A DNA stretch of 64,000 nucleotides from an uncultured Acidobacteriota bacterium (GTDB lineage Bacteria > Acidobacteriota > UBA6911): positions 27,753-91,752 of the forward strand of contig CAWEJX010000014.1 in the NCBI GenBank assembly GCA_963809485.1, written 5' to 3'. The position numbers and the translations under genes are program-made. A model generated the notes under the pieces. That model worked only from the letters and a program-made list of their open reading frames with translations, was not told where the DNA came from and did no database searches. Positions 52,557 to 62,168 of the stretch are shown one piece after another. Each line of letters opens with the position of its first letter. Position 1 is the stretch's first letter.

Positions 52557-53324
52557 GTGAAAAAATCACTGTTTCTGATCCTGTTGCTGCCGATTTTTGC
52601 TTGGGCAGCAAGTCCGTTTGACGGCACTTGGAAGATCGACGTAAACCAAAATGTTCCGCAGGGCGAAAATTCGGTGGTGGTGCTGCAGAACGGCACTTTT
52701 CAGTGCACTAGCTGTAATCCAAAGATCAGTATCAAGGCTGATGGTACGGACCAATCCGTGCCACCCGAGACTAAAGAGTATGACATGATGTCCCTCAAGG
52801 TCTTGGGAGCCAAAGCGGTAGAGACCACGGCAAAGAAAGATGGGAAACTTGTCAGGATGACAAAGAACACCATTTCCGCAGATGGTAAAACGAGCACCAT
52901 TGAGATCAGCAATTATTCTGAGCCTGGTAAGCCGTCGTTTGCATATAAGTTGACGTATAGTCGTGTTGCCGAAGGCCCGCCCGGTTCGCATTCGATTTCC
53001 GGCACTTGGCGAATGGAAAATTTGAGCACCGCGCTTACGGTTACATTTCAAAGCACACCAGATGGCCTGATCCAGTCGGGTCCAATTGGACAATCGTTTG
53101 ATGCAAAATTTGACGGCAAGGATTATCCAGTCAAGGGCACTACCGCCGGCACCACGGTATCGCTGAACAAGGTGAACGAACGCACGATCGATCAAACCAG
53201 CAAACAAAACGGAAAGATTGTAGCGGTGACTCACATGACGGTGTCTGCCGATGGAAAGACGATTACAGTGGTGATGGAAGACAAGGCGCAAGGCGCAACT
53301 ACCACTCTTATCGGGAAAAAATAG
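52557..53324 (+). CDS. Secreted protein with two tandem lipocalin-like barrels
   Basis: Signal peptide; GTW...DG.D..V...K..GK.V......SADGKT occurs twice. Confidence 0.75.
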   Translation: MKKSLFLILLLPIFAWAASPFDGTWKIDVNQNVPQGENSVVVLQNGTFQCTSCNPKISIKADGTDQSVPPETKEYDMMSLKVLGAKAVETTAKKDGKLVRMTKNTISADGKTSTIEISNYSEPGKPSFAYKLTYSRVAEGPPGSHSISGTWRMENLSTALTVTFQSTPDGLIQSGPIGQSFDAKFDGKDYPVKGTTAGTTVSLNKVNERTIDQTSKQNGKIVAVTHMTVSADGKTITVVMEDKAQGATTTLIGKK

Positions 53325-53958
53325 TACGAAACTCAAATTGTGGTGCCCACAAGATTCCGTGGAAACCATTGAATCCTCCATGAGAATTTGCGTTGTACGC
53401 CACGCAGAGCCACGATCAGGGCAATGGTTGGTGTCCAGACTGCAAGAGAGAAATGAGCGGCGGCGGAGCCGTGTCAAACCGCCGCCGCTGGTACGCGCCG
53501 CCTTGATTAGTCTGCGGTCAGGAGGGGAAAAGCCCGCAATAAACACGGCGCGCTGGCTGACGAGAGCGCGAATGCTATTGCACACTCGCGCCGCTCCTCA
53601 GTAACTCTATAGTTCATCAACCTTCGGCGCAGCCTTCGGCTTCGGCACACAAACAGGCCATGGCGGAATCGGCGGCCGAAGGTTGATTCGCAACGATGTT
53701 CCCACGCCTTCTTTTTCAGCGCGGTCGCGATCTTCTTTCCGCATCCGGTTGCGCTCATTGGTCCATGGTTTTACAGCGCAATCAATGTAATCGCAGCAGC
53801 GCATCCCGTTGAACCGTGAGCGCGGGTCGGCAATGACCATGAAGCCATCAGCATCAGGTTCGATAATCTGCCGGGAGTCTGTCCGAGTCATAGAATAGCC
53901 CCACCTTCTTTCGTTGCTTGTCTTGCTTTGCACGGGCCGTTGACGTGGAGGCTCTCTC

Positions 53959-54189
53959 ATGATCGGAAAAACGCTCGGCTACTACGAAATCACGGGCCAA
54001 TTGGGCAAAGGCGGCATGGGTGAGGTATTCCAAACCAAAGATCAAGTCCTCGGCCCGGACGTGACGATAGAAGTCCTGCCAGAGGAGCTCGCCAAGGATG
54101 CCGATCGCGTTGCCCGGTTCCAGCGTGAAGCGAAACTCCTTGCCGCCCTGAACTACCCGAACATCGCCGCCATTTATGGGCTGGAGTAA
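53959..54189 (+). pseudogene. N-terminal remnant of a Hanks-type Ser/Thr kinase
   Basis: LGKGGMGEVF...RFQREAKLLAALNYPNIAAIYGLE then stop; VAIK lysine replaced (VTIE). Confidence 0.85.
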
Positions 54190-54364
54190 TCCGCCGGCAC
54201 CAACCTCCCCTAATGCGCAGCCTTTGCCCCCTCTGTGGGGGCGGCCGGTAGGCCATGGGCTCAACCGCAGCGATGGTTTCGAGACCTCCGTATTCGCCAC
54301 GGGAATTTGTTGGATTCTGTAGCCCATTTGTGCTACATTGACTGATATTGATCGGAGGTGGGAT

Positions 54365-54625
54365 ATGCGCAGAACCGCAACCGTAAGAGCGCGCATCGAG
54401 CCGCAGTTGAAGAAAGATGCGGAACGTATTCTTGAGAATCTGGGGATTTCCGCGACCCAAGCCATCGTTCTTTTCTATCGCCAGGTGGCGATGCGCAGGG
54501 GACTTCCGTTCAACGTTGTAGTTGCCAAGCCCGCGACTCGAAAGACATTTGAAAGTACCGATGCGGGAAAGGACCTCGTGGTTTGCCGCGATGCAGAGGA
54601 CATGTTCGCCAAACTGGGAATCTAA
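54365..54625 (+). CDS. RelB/DinJ family antitoxin
   Basis: TVRARIEPQLKKDAERILENLGIS.TQAI.LFYRQV...GLPF. Confidence 0.9.
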   Translation: MRRTATVRARIEPQLKKDAERILENLGISATQAIVLFYRQVAMRRGLPFNVVVAKPATRKTFESTDAGKDLVVCRDAEDMFAKLGI

Positions 54626-54895
54626 ATGCGAACTCCGATATACACCCGGCAGTTCGAAAGAGATATCAAGCGAGCCGGGAAACGCGGGAAAAATATCGAC
54701 AAGTTTAAAATAATTGCCCGTGCGCTGATTGAGAATAAAAAACTGGATCCATTGCATCGGGATCACCGTCTTTCAGGAGACTACGTCGGCAGGAGGGAAT
54801 GTCACATCGAAGCAGACTGGCTTCTGGTATACAAAATTGAGCCGGACCGAATCATTTTTGAGAGAATCGGATCCCATGCGGACCTTTTCAAGTGA
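54626..54895 (+). CDS. YafQ family mRNA interferase toxin
   Basis: F.RDIKR, RDHRLSG...RECHIEADWLLVY, RIGSHADLF. Confidence 0.92.
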   Translation: MRTPIYTRQFERDIKRAGKRGKNIDKFKIIARALIENKKLDPLHRDHRLSGDYVGRRECHIEADWLLVYKIEPDRIIFERIGSHADLFK

Positions 54896-55371
54896 GATCG
54901 CCACAGGCCGCAAAGGTTTTGCTGAATGATTGGTGTAATCCTTGTGATAGCGTGCCAGAAAAATCCGGGATTTTTCGAGAGCTTGAGATCCTGGGACAGG
55001 TTGCCATTGGAAGGGAACAGGTAACAAAGACAAAGCTTTGAAAAAATTTCCGGAGTTTTGTTATACCGCTTTTCGAATACTTTAAATCCGCAGGTCGCTG
55101 GTTCGAGTCCAGCACGGCTCCCACCTAATCCGATCAAAAACAAGCACATGGCACAATGGCTTTTCCGGAATGCCAGGATACCGCCGATGTCAGTTGCTCA
55201 TTGGCTGAAGGACTCGGCTTGCCTAACGGCACTCCCGGGTTTCTGCTGCGGAAAGCATAGCTAAAGCCAACGGCACAATAATAGGTTGGGCCTGCAATCC
55301 GGGTCCGGATATTGCATAATCTCAACATCGGGCGATGGAACCGCCGCGAACGGCACAACCGGAGGATTCAT

Positions 55372-55578
55372 ATGAAGCTATCCGAGCACATGTCCCTAAC
55401 CCTGATTCTGTGTTTCACACTGCTGGCCGCAGTATTGCTTCACGGCATACTGACGCGCTATGTAGTCATTATCCCGAATTCCACATCCCCTTACAGCGCT
55501 ACGCGTTATGACCGCATAACAGGAAAGGTCTGGTGGATATACGAGCTGAAAAGCGGCGAACTCGGCGTGCAGCATTGA
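55372..55578 (+). CDS. Small membrane-anchored hypothetical protein
   Basis: GGAGG RBS, one TM segment, RYDRITGKVW. Confidence 0.5.
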   Translation: MKLSEHMSLTLILCFTLLAAVLLHGILTRYVVIIPNSTSPYSATRYDRITGKVWWIYELKSGELGVQH

Positions 55579-55664
55579 TGCCTTCCATAAAAAGCTGAAG
55601 GCTCGTGATTTTTACAATTCGGTCATACGCGGGATATTGTTTTATGGGCCAGCCTGCGTTTGCT

Positions 55665-55720
55665 GAATTCGTGGAGAATTCGTGGGAATGGGAATTCGTG
55701 GAGGGAATTCGTGGACACCC
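55665..55720. repeat. GAATTCGTGG x4 direct repeat
   Basis: gaattcgtggagaattcgtgggaatgggaattcgtggagggaattcgtggacaccc. Confidence 0.75.
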
Positions 55721-55830
55721 ATTATCGAGGCGAAACATGTACAGCCACTTAACTCACATTTTCCGGGATAAGGAATACGTGCGGGAGCGGGGCAGGCCAA
55801 AAAGAAGATTCCTGTTTTCTGAATTAGGCT

Positions 55831-56967
55831 TTAATAATCAGGCTTGAGTTTTGCAAGGAATTCATGGGCGGACAGCATGATGATGTCAGCGCCCCTGACC
55901 GATTTTGGCTGACGCAGTCCGTATACCAATTGAACGGCTTTTGTTCCCGGCAGAAAACCGTGAAAACGGCGCAGTGATTTTGAAAAATTGTCGTCGGCGG
56001 CCTTTACCTCAACCATAAGATCCGGTTTCCCGTCTACGACGGTCAGGAAATCCACCTCATTTTTTTCCTTATCCCGCAAATAAAACAGATCGCACCTTTT
56101 CCCGGTCGTATCTTCGATGAGATGGTGTTCGCGGAGCAAGGCGAGGGCCACGACATTTTCAAGTTTCGCACCGAAGTCACCCTCGACGGCGCCGACGTCA
56201 TAAAGATAGTACTTCGCCTCTTTCAAAATGCTGCGCGCAATACTTCTGTGATATGGGCGAACCGGAAAAATGACGCACAGGTTTTCCAGAATCTGAAGCC
56301 AATGCTTAACCGTATGGATGGATACCTGGAGATCTTCGGCCAATGAGCTGTATGAAGTGGGGGATCCAATCCGAGTCCGAAGGAGATCCGTCAGGATCTC
56401 GATGGACTTGATTTCGCGGACCTTTTCCAGATCAAGCAGATCCTGGCGAATAATGGTGTCTATGTGCGTGCGGCGCCAGCGTTTTGAGAATGCTTCGTCT
56501 TTCTTCAAATAGGGTTCGGGAAATCCCCCGAATCGGATCAGCCCGTCGAGCGCGTCTTCCGGAGTTTCGACCAAATGATTACAGATCTCTTCTACGGTCA
56601 AGGGGTGCAGCCGGTATGCAAAAAATCTTCCTGCCAGCGAATCGCCGCCTTTTTTGTACGTGTCCAGCCTGGCCGAGCCTGTCACCAAAATGCCGGGATG
56701 GATTCCCTCCGTATCATAGGTGCCTTTGATCCAAGCCTTCCATCCCTTCATCTTGTGCAGTTCATCGAATAGGACAAGCTCTCGATCGCGAGCCCAATCC
56801 CCTCGTTTGATGATTTTCCGGTCGTTGGTCGAATCATAGTTCAGGTAGGTGTAAGAGGAAGTCAGTTGACGCGACATTGTTGTTTTGCCGACCTGCCGCG
56901 GGCCTGAAAGAAGAACAATCTTCGATTTCAGGTCGGCCTTAATAGCATCTTCCAGGTATCTGTGCAT
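55831..56967 (-). CDS. AAA_14/DUF4143 ATP-binding protein with C-terminal nuclease-like motif
   Basis: GPRQVGKT, FDELH, TGSA, SLAGR, GGFP, EVDF...VEVK. Confidence 0.9.
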   Translation of the reverse strand: MHRYLEDAIKADLKSKIVLLSGPRQVGKTTMSRQLTSSYTYLNYDSTNDRKIIKRGDWARDRELVLFDELHKMKGWKAWIKGTYDTEGIHPGILVTGSARLDTYKKGGDSLAGRFFAYRLHPLTVEEICNHLVETPEDALDGLIRFGGFPEPYLKKDEAFSKRWRRTHIDTIIRQDLLDLEKVREIKSIEILTDLLRTRIGSPTSYSSLAEDLQVSIHTVKHWLQILENLCVIFPVRPYHRSIARSILKEAKYYLYDVGAVEGDFGAKLENVVALALLREHHLIEDTTGKRCDLFYLRDKEKNEVDFLTVVDGKPDLMVEVKAADDNFSKSLRRFHGFLPGTKAVQLVYGLRQPKSVRGADIIMLSAHEFLAKLKPDY

Positions 56968-56970
56968 TCA

Positions 56971-57030
56971 ACTATTATGAATCGTACTTCATAAAAGTCA
57001 AGACTAATATGAAGTATGCTTCATTACAGT
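56971..57030 (-). promoter_or_regulatory. Paired palindromic operators overlapping a candidate promoter of the AAA ATPase
   Basis: ATGAATCGTACTTCAT and ATGAAGTATGCTTCAT; minus-strand TTGACT-16-CATAAT. Confidence 0.5.
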
Positions 57031-57278
57031 CGAATCGTTATGCGGGGACGGACCGGGATAAAATCATTCGTTTAAAAGACTTAATCCGAAAAGCCAGCCC
57101 CCCAACCAGATTAGAATGGATTTTCGCCGCCCGATTTTGAATCCAGGCGCAATTTCCTCCGGATGCCGTCGATACGCTACTGCCGTGTCAGGGCCTGCCA
57201 GATATTCGCCTGTGAGCAGGCCGCCAAATCATAAACATAATATCTGTTAATATTAGTATAAGTGATGTTTAAGACATT

Positions 57279-57383
57279 TATACGGATGTCGTGAGTTTTG
57301 CGATCATGAACACACGCAAAATCAAAAAGGTTTTCAGTTTGGACAGGCATTTCATTGAGGCTGGTTTTGTCAATATTGATTGA
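57279..57383 (+). pseudogene. C-terminal remnant of a VapC/PIN toxin
   Basis: Manual translation YTDVVSFAIMNTRKIKKVFSLDRHFIEAGF*, with a stop shortly upstream. Confidence 0.65.
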
Positions 57384-57396
57384 TACGAGCCAATGA

Positions 57397-57942
57397 TCAG
57401 CGTTCATCGGTTTTTGGGTTCGCGTTTTTCGGCTTCATATCCATCGTCCGATACAGCATTTCATGATGCTTGATAGATGCGTCAAGAAGTGCGCCGATGG
57501 CAGCGCCGATGCCTCCACCCACGAGGGCCGAGCCGATCAGGTAGCCGGGACCATCTTCGTCCATCCAGTGGACGGGACCATTGGTTTTGGCGTTTCCAAG
57601 CGCAACCATGCTCCCGATACCACCCGCGATGCCGATGAGCGCCCCGTACAAGGCTCCGTTGCACAGTCGATCGGGCACAACCGATGCGGTTTCTATCCTC
57701 AGGACAGCAATCCTGGGAAACCTGCGCTCCATTCCACCGGATTCGACAAAAACGATTTCGTCGGGTCCTGTGCTTTTGAAAGTCCCCTCCAGCCTCTCTC
57801 CGCCTTGCAGCTTGACGATGACGGCAGTTCCGGGTGACAGCGCTTCTACCTTCTCCCAGCGTCCCGGAATGGTTTCTGCCCGGACAACTGCCGTTAGCAG
57901 CCAAATATCCATAAATACAGTAATGACGGTTCCTGTTTTCAT
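57397..57942 (-). CDS. Hypothetical exported protein with glycine-zipper C-terminus
   Basis: Signal-like N-terminus; GALYGALIGIAGG, GGGIGAAIGALLD. Confidence 0.7.
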   Translation of the reverse strand: MKTGTVITVFMDIWLLTAVVRAETIPGRWEKVEALSPGTAVIVKLQGGERLEGTFKSTGPDEIVFVESGGMERRFPRIAVLRIETASVVPDRLCNGALYGALIGIAGGIGSMVALGNAKTNGPVHWMDEDGPGYLIGSALVGGGIGAAIGALLDASIKHHEMLYRTMDMKPKNANPKTDER

Positions 57943-58366
57943 AATCCTGCCCCATGCCTTTTTATGTGTAAATGTGAAATAAAGCCGATAAGAGGATCAG
58001 GCAATGAAAGGCTAAGACCGGTCAGCGCCGGGAAAGTGTCCACCAGCGAACATGAGTGGAACTAGAGCCATTCGTGCCCCTTTTATTATAAGGAGACAGG
58101 AGGCTGCATCTGCGCTGCGGGACGAATGACAAATGCAAATTAGACGCACCAAATCAGGCTCATTTTGAGCCGTTCTGTCAAATCCCTGTATCGTCCAGCC
58201 CCAAAACGGCAAAACATATGGCGTATGGCCCTATTGGATTACGTATTTCAGCTGGATTCTTCCGGGAACCGCAACGGCTCCGGCTTTCGGCCATACTGAC
58301 AAATGCAGACTTGTCTGAAAGCCGTTTTGACGAGTAGGAGCTTTTGGTTTTTTGCTCGAGGTTCGA

Positions 58367-59470
58367 ATGCACGATTATAAGCAGGCCGCTCATGATCCCA
58401 GTTCGCAACAGCGCTATGCTGGGTACGACCGTATCATGGGCAATATTTTCTGGCTGTTGATAGCCCTTGTGACACTCAACATCCGGCTGATGCCCAAGGA
58501 CCGCTCGAACGTCTACTTTCTTGGCGCCTTCTGCCTGCTCCTTTTCATATACAACATCAACGCCCGCTACGGATTGTTTTCGCGGAAGTACAGCGCATTT
58601 AAAATTTTCGTGGACCTGATGGTTTTTATGGCCTTTATTGTGGCGGTTTGCTGGTATACCGGCCGCGTCACCAGCCCTTTCATTTCGCTGATCTACCTGA
58701 TCCTGATGGCCACGTCTCTGACCCAGGGGAAACGGGTCACATATTTTATGGCTGTGCTGGCCGTTGTCTCCTACATCTTTCTGGCATCCCGGAGCTATAC
58801 GGAAATTGGCGATTGGGTAACCAACCTCCTGGAACTTTTTCCTTTCATGCTTATTGCGCACCTGGGTGCCATGCTGGCCGGCGAAACCGAGAGCGCCCGC
58901 CGCGAGGTGGAGCGCCTGTCGCTGACCGACGAAATAACCGGCATCAACAATATGCGCAACTTCTTCCTGCTGGCCGAATCCCAGGAGAGGATCGCGACCC
59001 GGTACAAACGGCCGTTCTCGATTTGCATGATCGATGCCGATGACCTTAAAAAAACCAACGACCAGCACGGTCACCTGGCAGGCACGGAACTGATTCGCCG
59101 CATGGGGGACATGATTTCCTCCAATGTGCGCACTTCCGATATCTGTGCGCGCTATGGCGGAGACGAATTTGTCATTATGTTCACCGAAACCGGCAAGCGG
59201 GATGTGGTTGCGGTGGTTGAGCGGACCATTTCCCGGATGGCTGCCGCTTCCTTTGACTTTAAGGGCAAAAAGATATCCACAACCCTGTCGGCAGGGATTG
59301 CCGGATACCCGGAAGACGGAACGGACGTACGGTCGATTATGGCAAGGGCCGACGAAGCTATGTACGCCAGCAAACGTTCCGGCAAAAACCGTGCAACGCT
59401 GTTCAGCGGCAACCTGCAGGAAATGACGCTGGAAAATAGCCATCAAGAGGTTGGAGTGCCTGGAGCATAG
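58367..59470 (+). CDS. Membrane-bound diguanylate cyclase
   Basis: Multi-TM N-terminus; DEITG, ND.HGH..G, RTSD I-site, RYGGDEF. Confidence 0.93.
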   Translation: MHDYKQAAHDPSSQQRYAGYDRIMGNIFWLLIALVTLNIRLMPKDRSNVYFLGAFCLLLFIYNINARYGLFSRKYSAFKIFVDLMVFMAFIVAVCWYTGRVTSPFISLIYLILMATSLTQGKRVTYFMAVLAVVSYIFLASRSYTEIGDWVTNLLELFPFMLIAHLGAMLAGETESARREVERLSLTDEITGINNMRNFFLLAESQERIATRYKRPFSICMIDADDLKKTNDQHGHLAGTELIRRMGDMISSNVRTSDICARYGGDEFVIMFTETGKRDVVAVVERTISRMAAASFDFKGKKISTTLSAGIAGYPEDGTDVRSIMARADEAMYASKRSGKNRATLFSGNLQEMTLENSHQEVGVPGA

Positions 59471-59603
59471 GTGTCCTTGCGGATATCGATGCTGATACCC
59501 AAGTCACCAGGTTTCAAAGCTGACGCAAAGCGCAAAAATACGACTTTCATGATCTTGCATTTGAGAGGCAAAAATGCAAGAATGTGTCTCCTTTTGCGGC
59601 CGC

Positions 59604-59680
59604 GTCCCCATCGTCTAGTCGGCCTAGGACACCGCGCTTTCAATGCGGCAACACGGGTTCGAATCCCGTTGGGGACGCCA
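59604..59680 (+). tRNA. tRNA-Glu(TTC)
   Basis: GTCCCCA...CCGCG CT TTC AA TGCGG...GGTTCGAATCC...TGGGGAC GCCA. Confidence 0.95.
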
Positions 59681-59868
59681 CGACCTTCCATAAAATATTG
59701 CAAATAAATGACATACTAGATGGGAGGGTCGGATGTCCCGCTTTCCATCCCACAAAACATACGGACGAAGATGCGTCTAATCCGAACGATGCAAGTCTGC
59801 TTAAGTATCGAAAACCGAGCCGAGAAAGTTGTGAAAATTAGGGCCACGTAGGAACCGCCGCGATCTAC

Positions 59869-59914
59869 GACTAGAAATCAAAAGACCGCAAGTTCGAGTC
59901 TTGCCGGGCGCACC
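59869..59914 (+). other. Orphan tRNA 3' half (Arg-like), probable att remnant
   Basis: T-arm GCAAG-TTCGAGT-CTTGC followed by CGGGCGCACC; no 5' half. Confidence 0.6.
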
Positions 59915-60048
59915 TGAAAATAAAAGACTTACAGATTCCACCCAAAAGCAAAAACCCCAAAAGGTAACATAAAGGTAACAGCCAGAAAGAAACCAAGAGA
60001 GCATTGCTCCATACTTATGATCCGCCCCTCTTTATTTGCCATTTGATC

Positions 60049-60096
60049 GCTGGCTCTTAATCAGCGGGTCGGAGGTTCAAGTCCCTCTGGGCCCAC
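60049..60096 (+). other. Orphan tRNA-Lys(CTT) 3' half, probable att site of the downstream element
   Basis: GCTGG CT CTT AA TCAGC anticodon arm, GGTTCAAGTCC, GGGCCCAC; no D-arm. Confidence 0.7.
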
Positions 60097-60445
60097 GTGA
60101 AAACAAATAACTTACCGGCTTTCAGGAAAATCCAAAAAACCTCGGGCGTAGCACCGGGGTAGCAAAAAAGTCCTCAGAAAAGCGAATTCTGCCAGGTTGT
60201 CCCCTCCAACAGCATCATTTCTGATCCAATCTTTTAATGGAATCGGATATGCGAGTAGCTGAAGATCTGCCTGGCCTTTTGCAAATCTTCTTTTTCTTCT
60301 TTTTTCCTGATGCTTCGGACCTATTCACTGCGTAAATGCGGGGCCCGGAACTTCGTGTCCCTACGAACCTCCTGAAATTCACAGGTAAGTTTTAGAGAGG
60401 TTTCCTTACTCATTGTCTATGGAGGGGAAAAGAGAGGAGGAGTCT

Positions 60446-60649
60446 ATGTGCATGCGGTTCATCAGATTCAAAGAACTCAGGCAACGAATTCCCCTTGGAA
60501 GAACGACAATCTGGAAAATGATGCGAGAAGGCAGGTTTCCAAAGAGCCGGCGGATTGGAAAGATGGCGGCGGCCTGGCTTGAAAACGAGGTTGAGGAGTG
60601 GATGAAGCAAAATGCCGGCACACAAGAAGGAAAAGGAGGGCAGGTATGA
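60446..60649 (+). CDS. AlpA-family regulator/excisionase
   Basis: FIRFKEL....LGRTTIW....G.FPK...IG..A.AW...EVEEW. Confidence 0.9.
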   Translation: MCMRFIRFKELRQRIPLGRTTIWKMMREGRFPKSRRIGKMAAAWLENEVEEWMKQNAGTQEGKGGQV

Positions 60650-61392
60650 ACATCCCCGGACTGTCCGGCTGTGATGGGAAGAAACGAGTCATTCTTTCAA
60701 TGGGCGGGAAAGGAGGGGTTGGTAAGACCAGCATAATGGTGAGCCTGGCCGAATGGTTTTCCCTGAACCAGATTCCGGTGAAACTGCTGGACCTGGATAC
60801 CGAGAACAAAGCCCGGGGCTCCTTGACCCATTTTTTCGGGGGCCGCGTGCCCAAGGTCAACATTCATTCTCCTGCCGGGCTGGACGCATTTATCGATCAC
60901 CTCGCCGACGGTGCCCCTGTGGTGCTGGCGGACATGGGGGCCGGATCCGGGCAGGTTACATACGAGTGGTTTGAAACCATGTATCCGGATATCGCCGATG
61001 CCGGCATCGCGTTTACGACAATCGGGGTAGTGACCCCCGATCCCGCCAGCGTCGAAAGCGTACTTTCCTGGGCTGCCCGGCTTCAAGACAAGGTGAAGTA
61101 CCTGATCGTTGAAAACTGCATTATGGATCGAACCGATTTCATATATTGGGACGAAAGCGAACAGGCCCGGCGTTTCAGGGAGGTCTTGGCTCCGGCGGTA
61201 ATCCGGATGGATTACCGGCTGGCTGAGCTGGAAAACGCCACTCGGAACCATGGGGTTACATTGGGCGGCGTTGCATCCAGGGGAAGCGATATTCCGGAGT
61301 TAAGCCGGGCCTCGCTGGTAATGAGGGCTCAAAGCTACCGTCGAAGGATGTTCGCAGAATTCGAAAGGGTGAAGGAGCTGCTTTTGCCGTGA
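60646..61392 (+). CDS. ParA/MinD-like P-loop protein (probable mobilisation accessory)
   Basis: GKGGVGKTS, LDLDTEN, LADMGAG. Confidence 0.75.
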   Translation: MNIPGLSGCDGKKRVILSMGGKGGVGKTSIMVSLAEWFSLNQIPVKLLDLDTENKARGSLTHFFGGRVPKVNIHSPAGLDAFIDHLADGAPVVLADMGAGSGQVTYEWFETMYPDIADAGIAFTTIGVVTPDPASVESVLSWAARLQDKVKYLIVENCIMDRTDFIYWDESEQARRFREVLAPAVIRMDYRLAELENATRNHGVTLGGVASRGSDIPELSRASLVMRAQSYRRRMFAEFERVKELLLP

Positions 61393-62162
61393 ATCCAGTA
61401 AAGCTTTCCAACAAGGAGCTGATTGATCGGATTTCAAAGCAGCTTCCCAAGGATATCGCGGCCGAATATTACCGCGAGATGATGTACTGCTGCTCCCTCC
61501 CGGAGAATGACGAGATGCTCCGGATACTTCGGATCCTGCAAATCCTGACAGCTCTGATGGAGGGAGTGCCTTCGCGGGTGACGGTTGAGCGGGAAGCTAT
61601 GGAACGCCTGTTCAGAGAAACCCTATCGGAGCTTAAGACAGTACTCCGGTCGAGTGAGTCGTTTCAGAAACAGCTGGATCTTCGGCTGGTCCGGCTTCCA
61701 GGGGAGATAGCGGAAGGAATCAAGCCTGGCGATATTGCCAAAAGCATCAATGAAAGTCTTCAGCGGCAGTTTGATGCTTCGACGATTCCCCAGACTGGCG
61801 CCGCTCTAATGGCGGTGGCAGAACAGATAGGCACGGTCCATTCGGAATTCCGCGCGGCGGCAAATAGTATCGGGAATGCATACCGGGGTTCGGCGGCGCA
61901 GGCTCGCGAGGCAATTGACAAGATGCGTACCACGATTGAGGCGTCTGCGGAAGCCGCCAGAAGCGCATCTGTGGGTCTTATGGTCACATTCAAGAATGCC
62001 TACTGGAAGGTCCTGATCAGTGCGGCGATTGCGGCACTGTTGGTCGGATTCGTGATTGGCGCGTCCTATGTCCGGAATTTCGACCCTCCCAAACAGGAGA
62101 TCCATAGGTATTACGTGGAATCAAAATGTACGGATCCTCCTGTGAAACCCAAGCGGAAATAA
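61389..62162 (+). CDS. Hypothetical helical protein with C-terminal TM segment
   Basis: GTGA overlap with the upstream gene; sits just before the relaxase. Confidence 0.65.
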   Translation: MNPVKLSNKELIDRISKQLPKDIAAEYYREMMYCCSLPENDEMLRILRILQILTALMEGVPSRVTVEREAMERLFRETLSELKTVLRSSESFQKQLDLRLVRLPGEIAEGIKPGDIAKSINESLQRQFDASTIPQTGAALMAVAEQIGTVHSEFRAAANSIGNAYRGSAAQAREAIDKMRTTIEASAEAARSASVGLMVTFKNAYWKVLISAAIAALLVGFVIGASYVRNFDPPKQEIHRYYVESKCTDPPVKPKRK

Positions 62163-62168
62163 TTTTCG

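Larger units (their letters stand above)
51827..55120. mobile_element. Small integrase-less genomic islet bounded by a 28-bp direct repeat of the tRNA-Lys 3' end
   Basis: GGTCGCTGGTTCGAGTCCAGCACGGCTC at 51827-51854 and 55093-55120; visibly lower GC. Confidence 0.8.

Noticed and set aside
53607-53891. Small minus-strand ORF (MTRTDSRQII...) with an inverted repeat at about 53617-53687
   Set aside because: Plausible RBS but no recognisable family; insufficient support to call
59869-60096. Additional functional tRNA genes
   Set aside because: Only 3' halves; no D-arm or 5' acceptor strand
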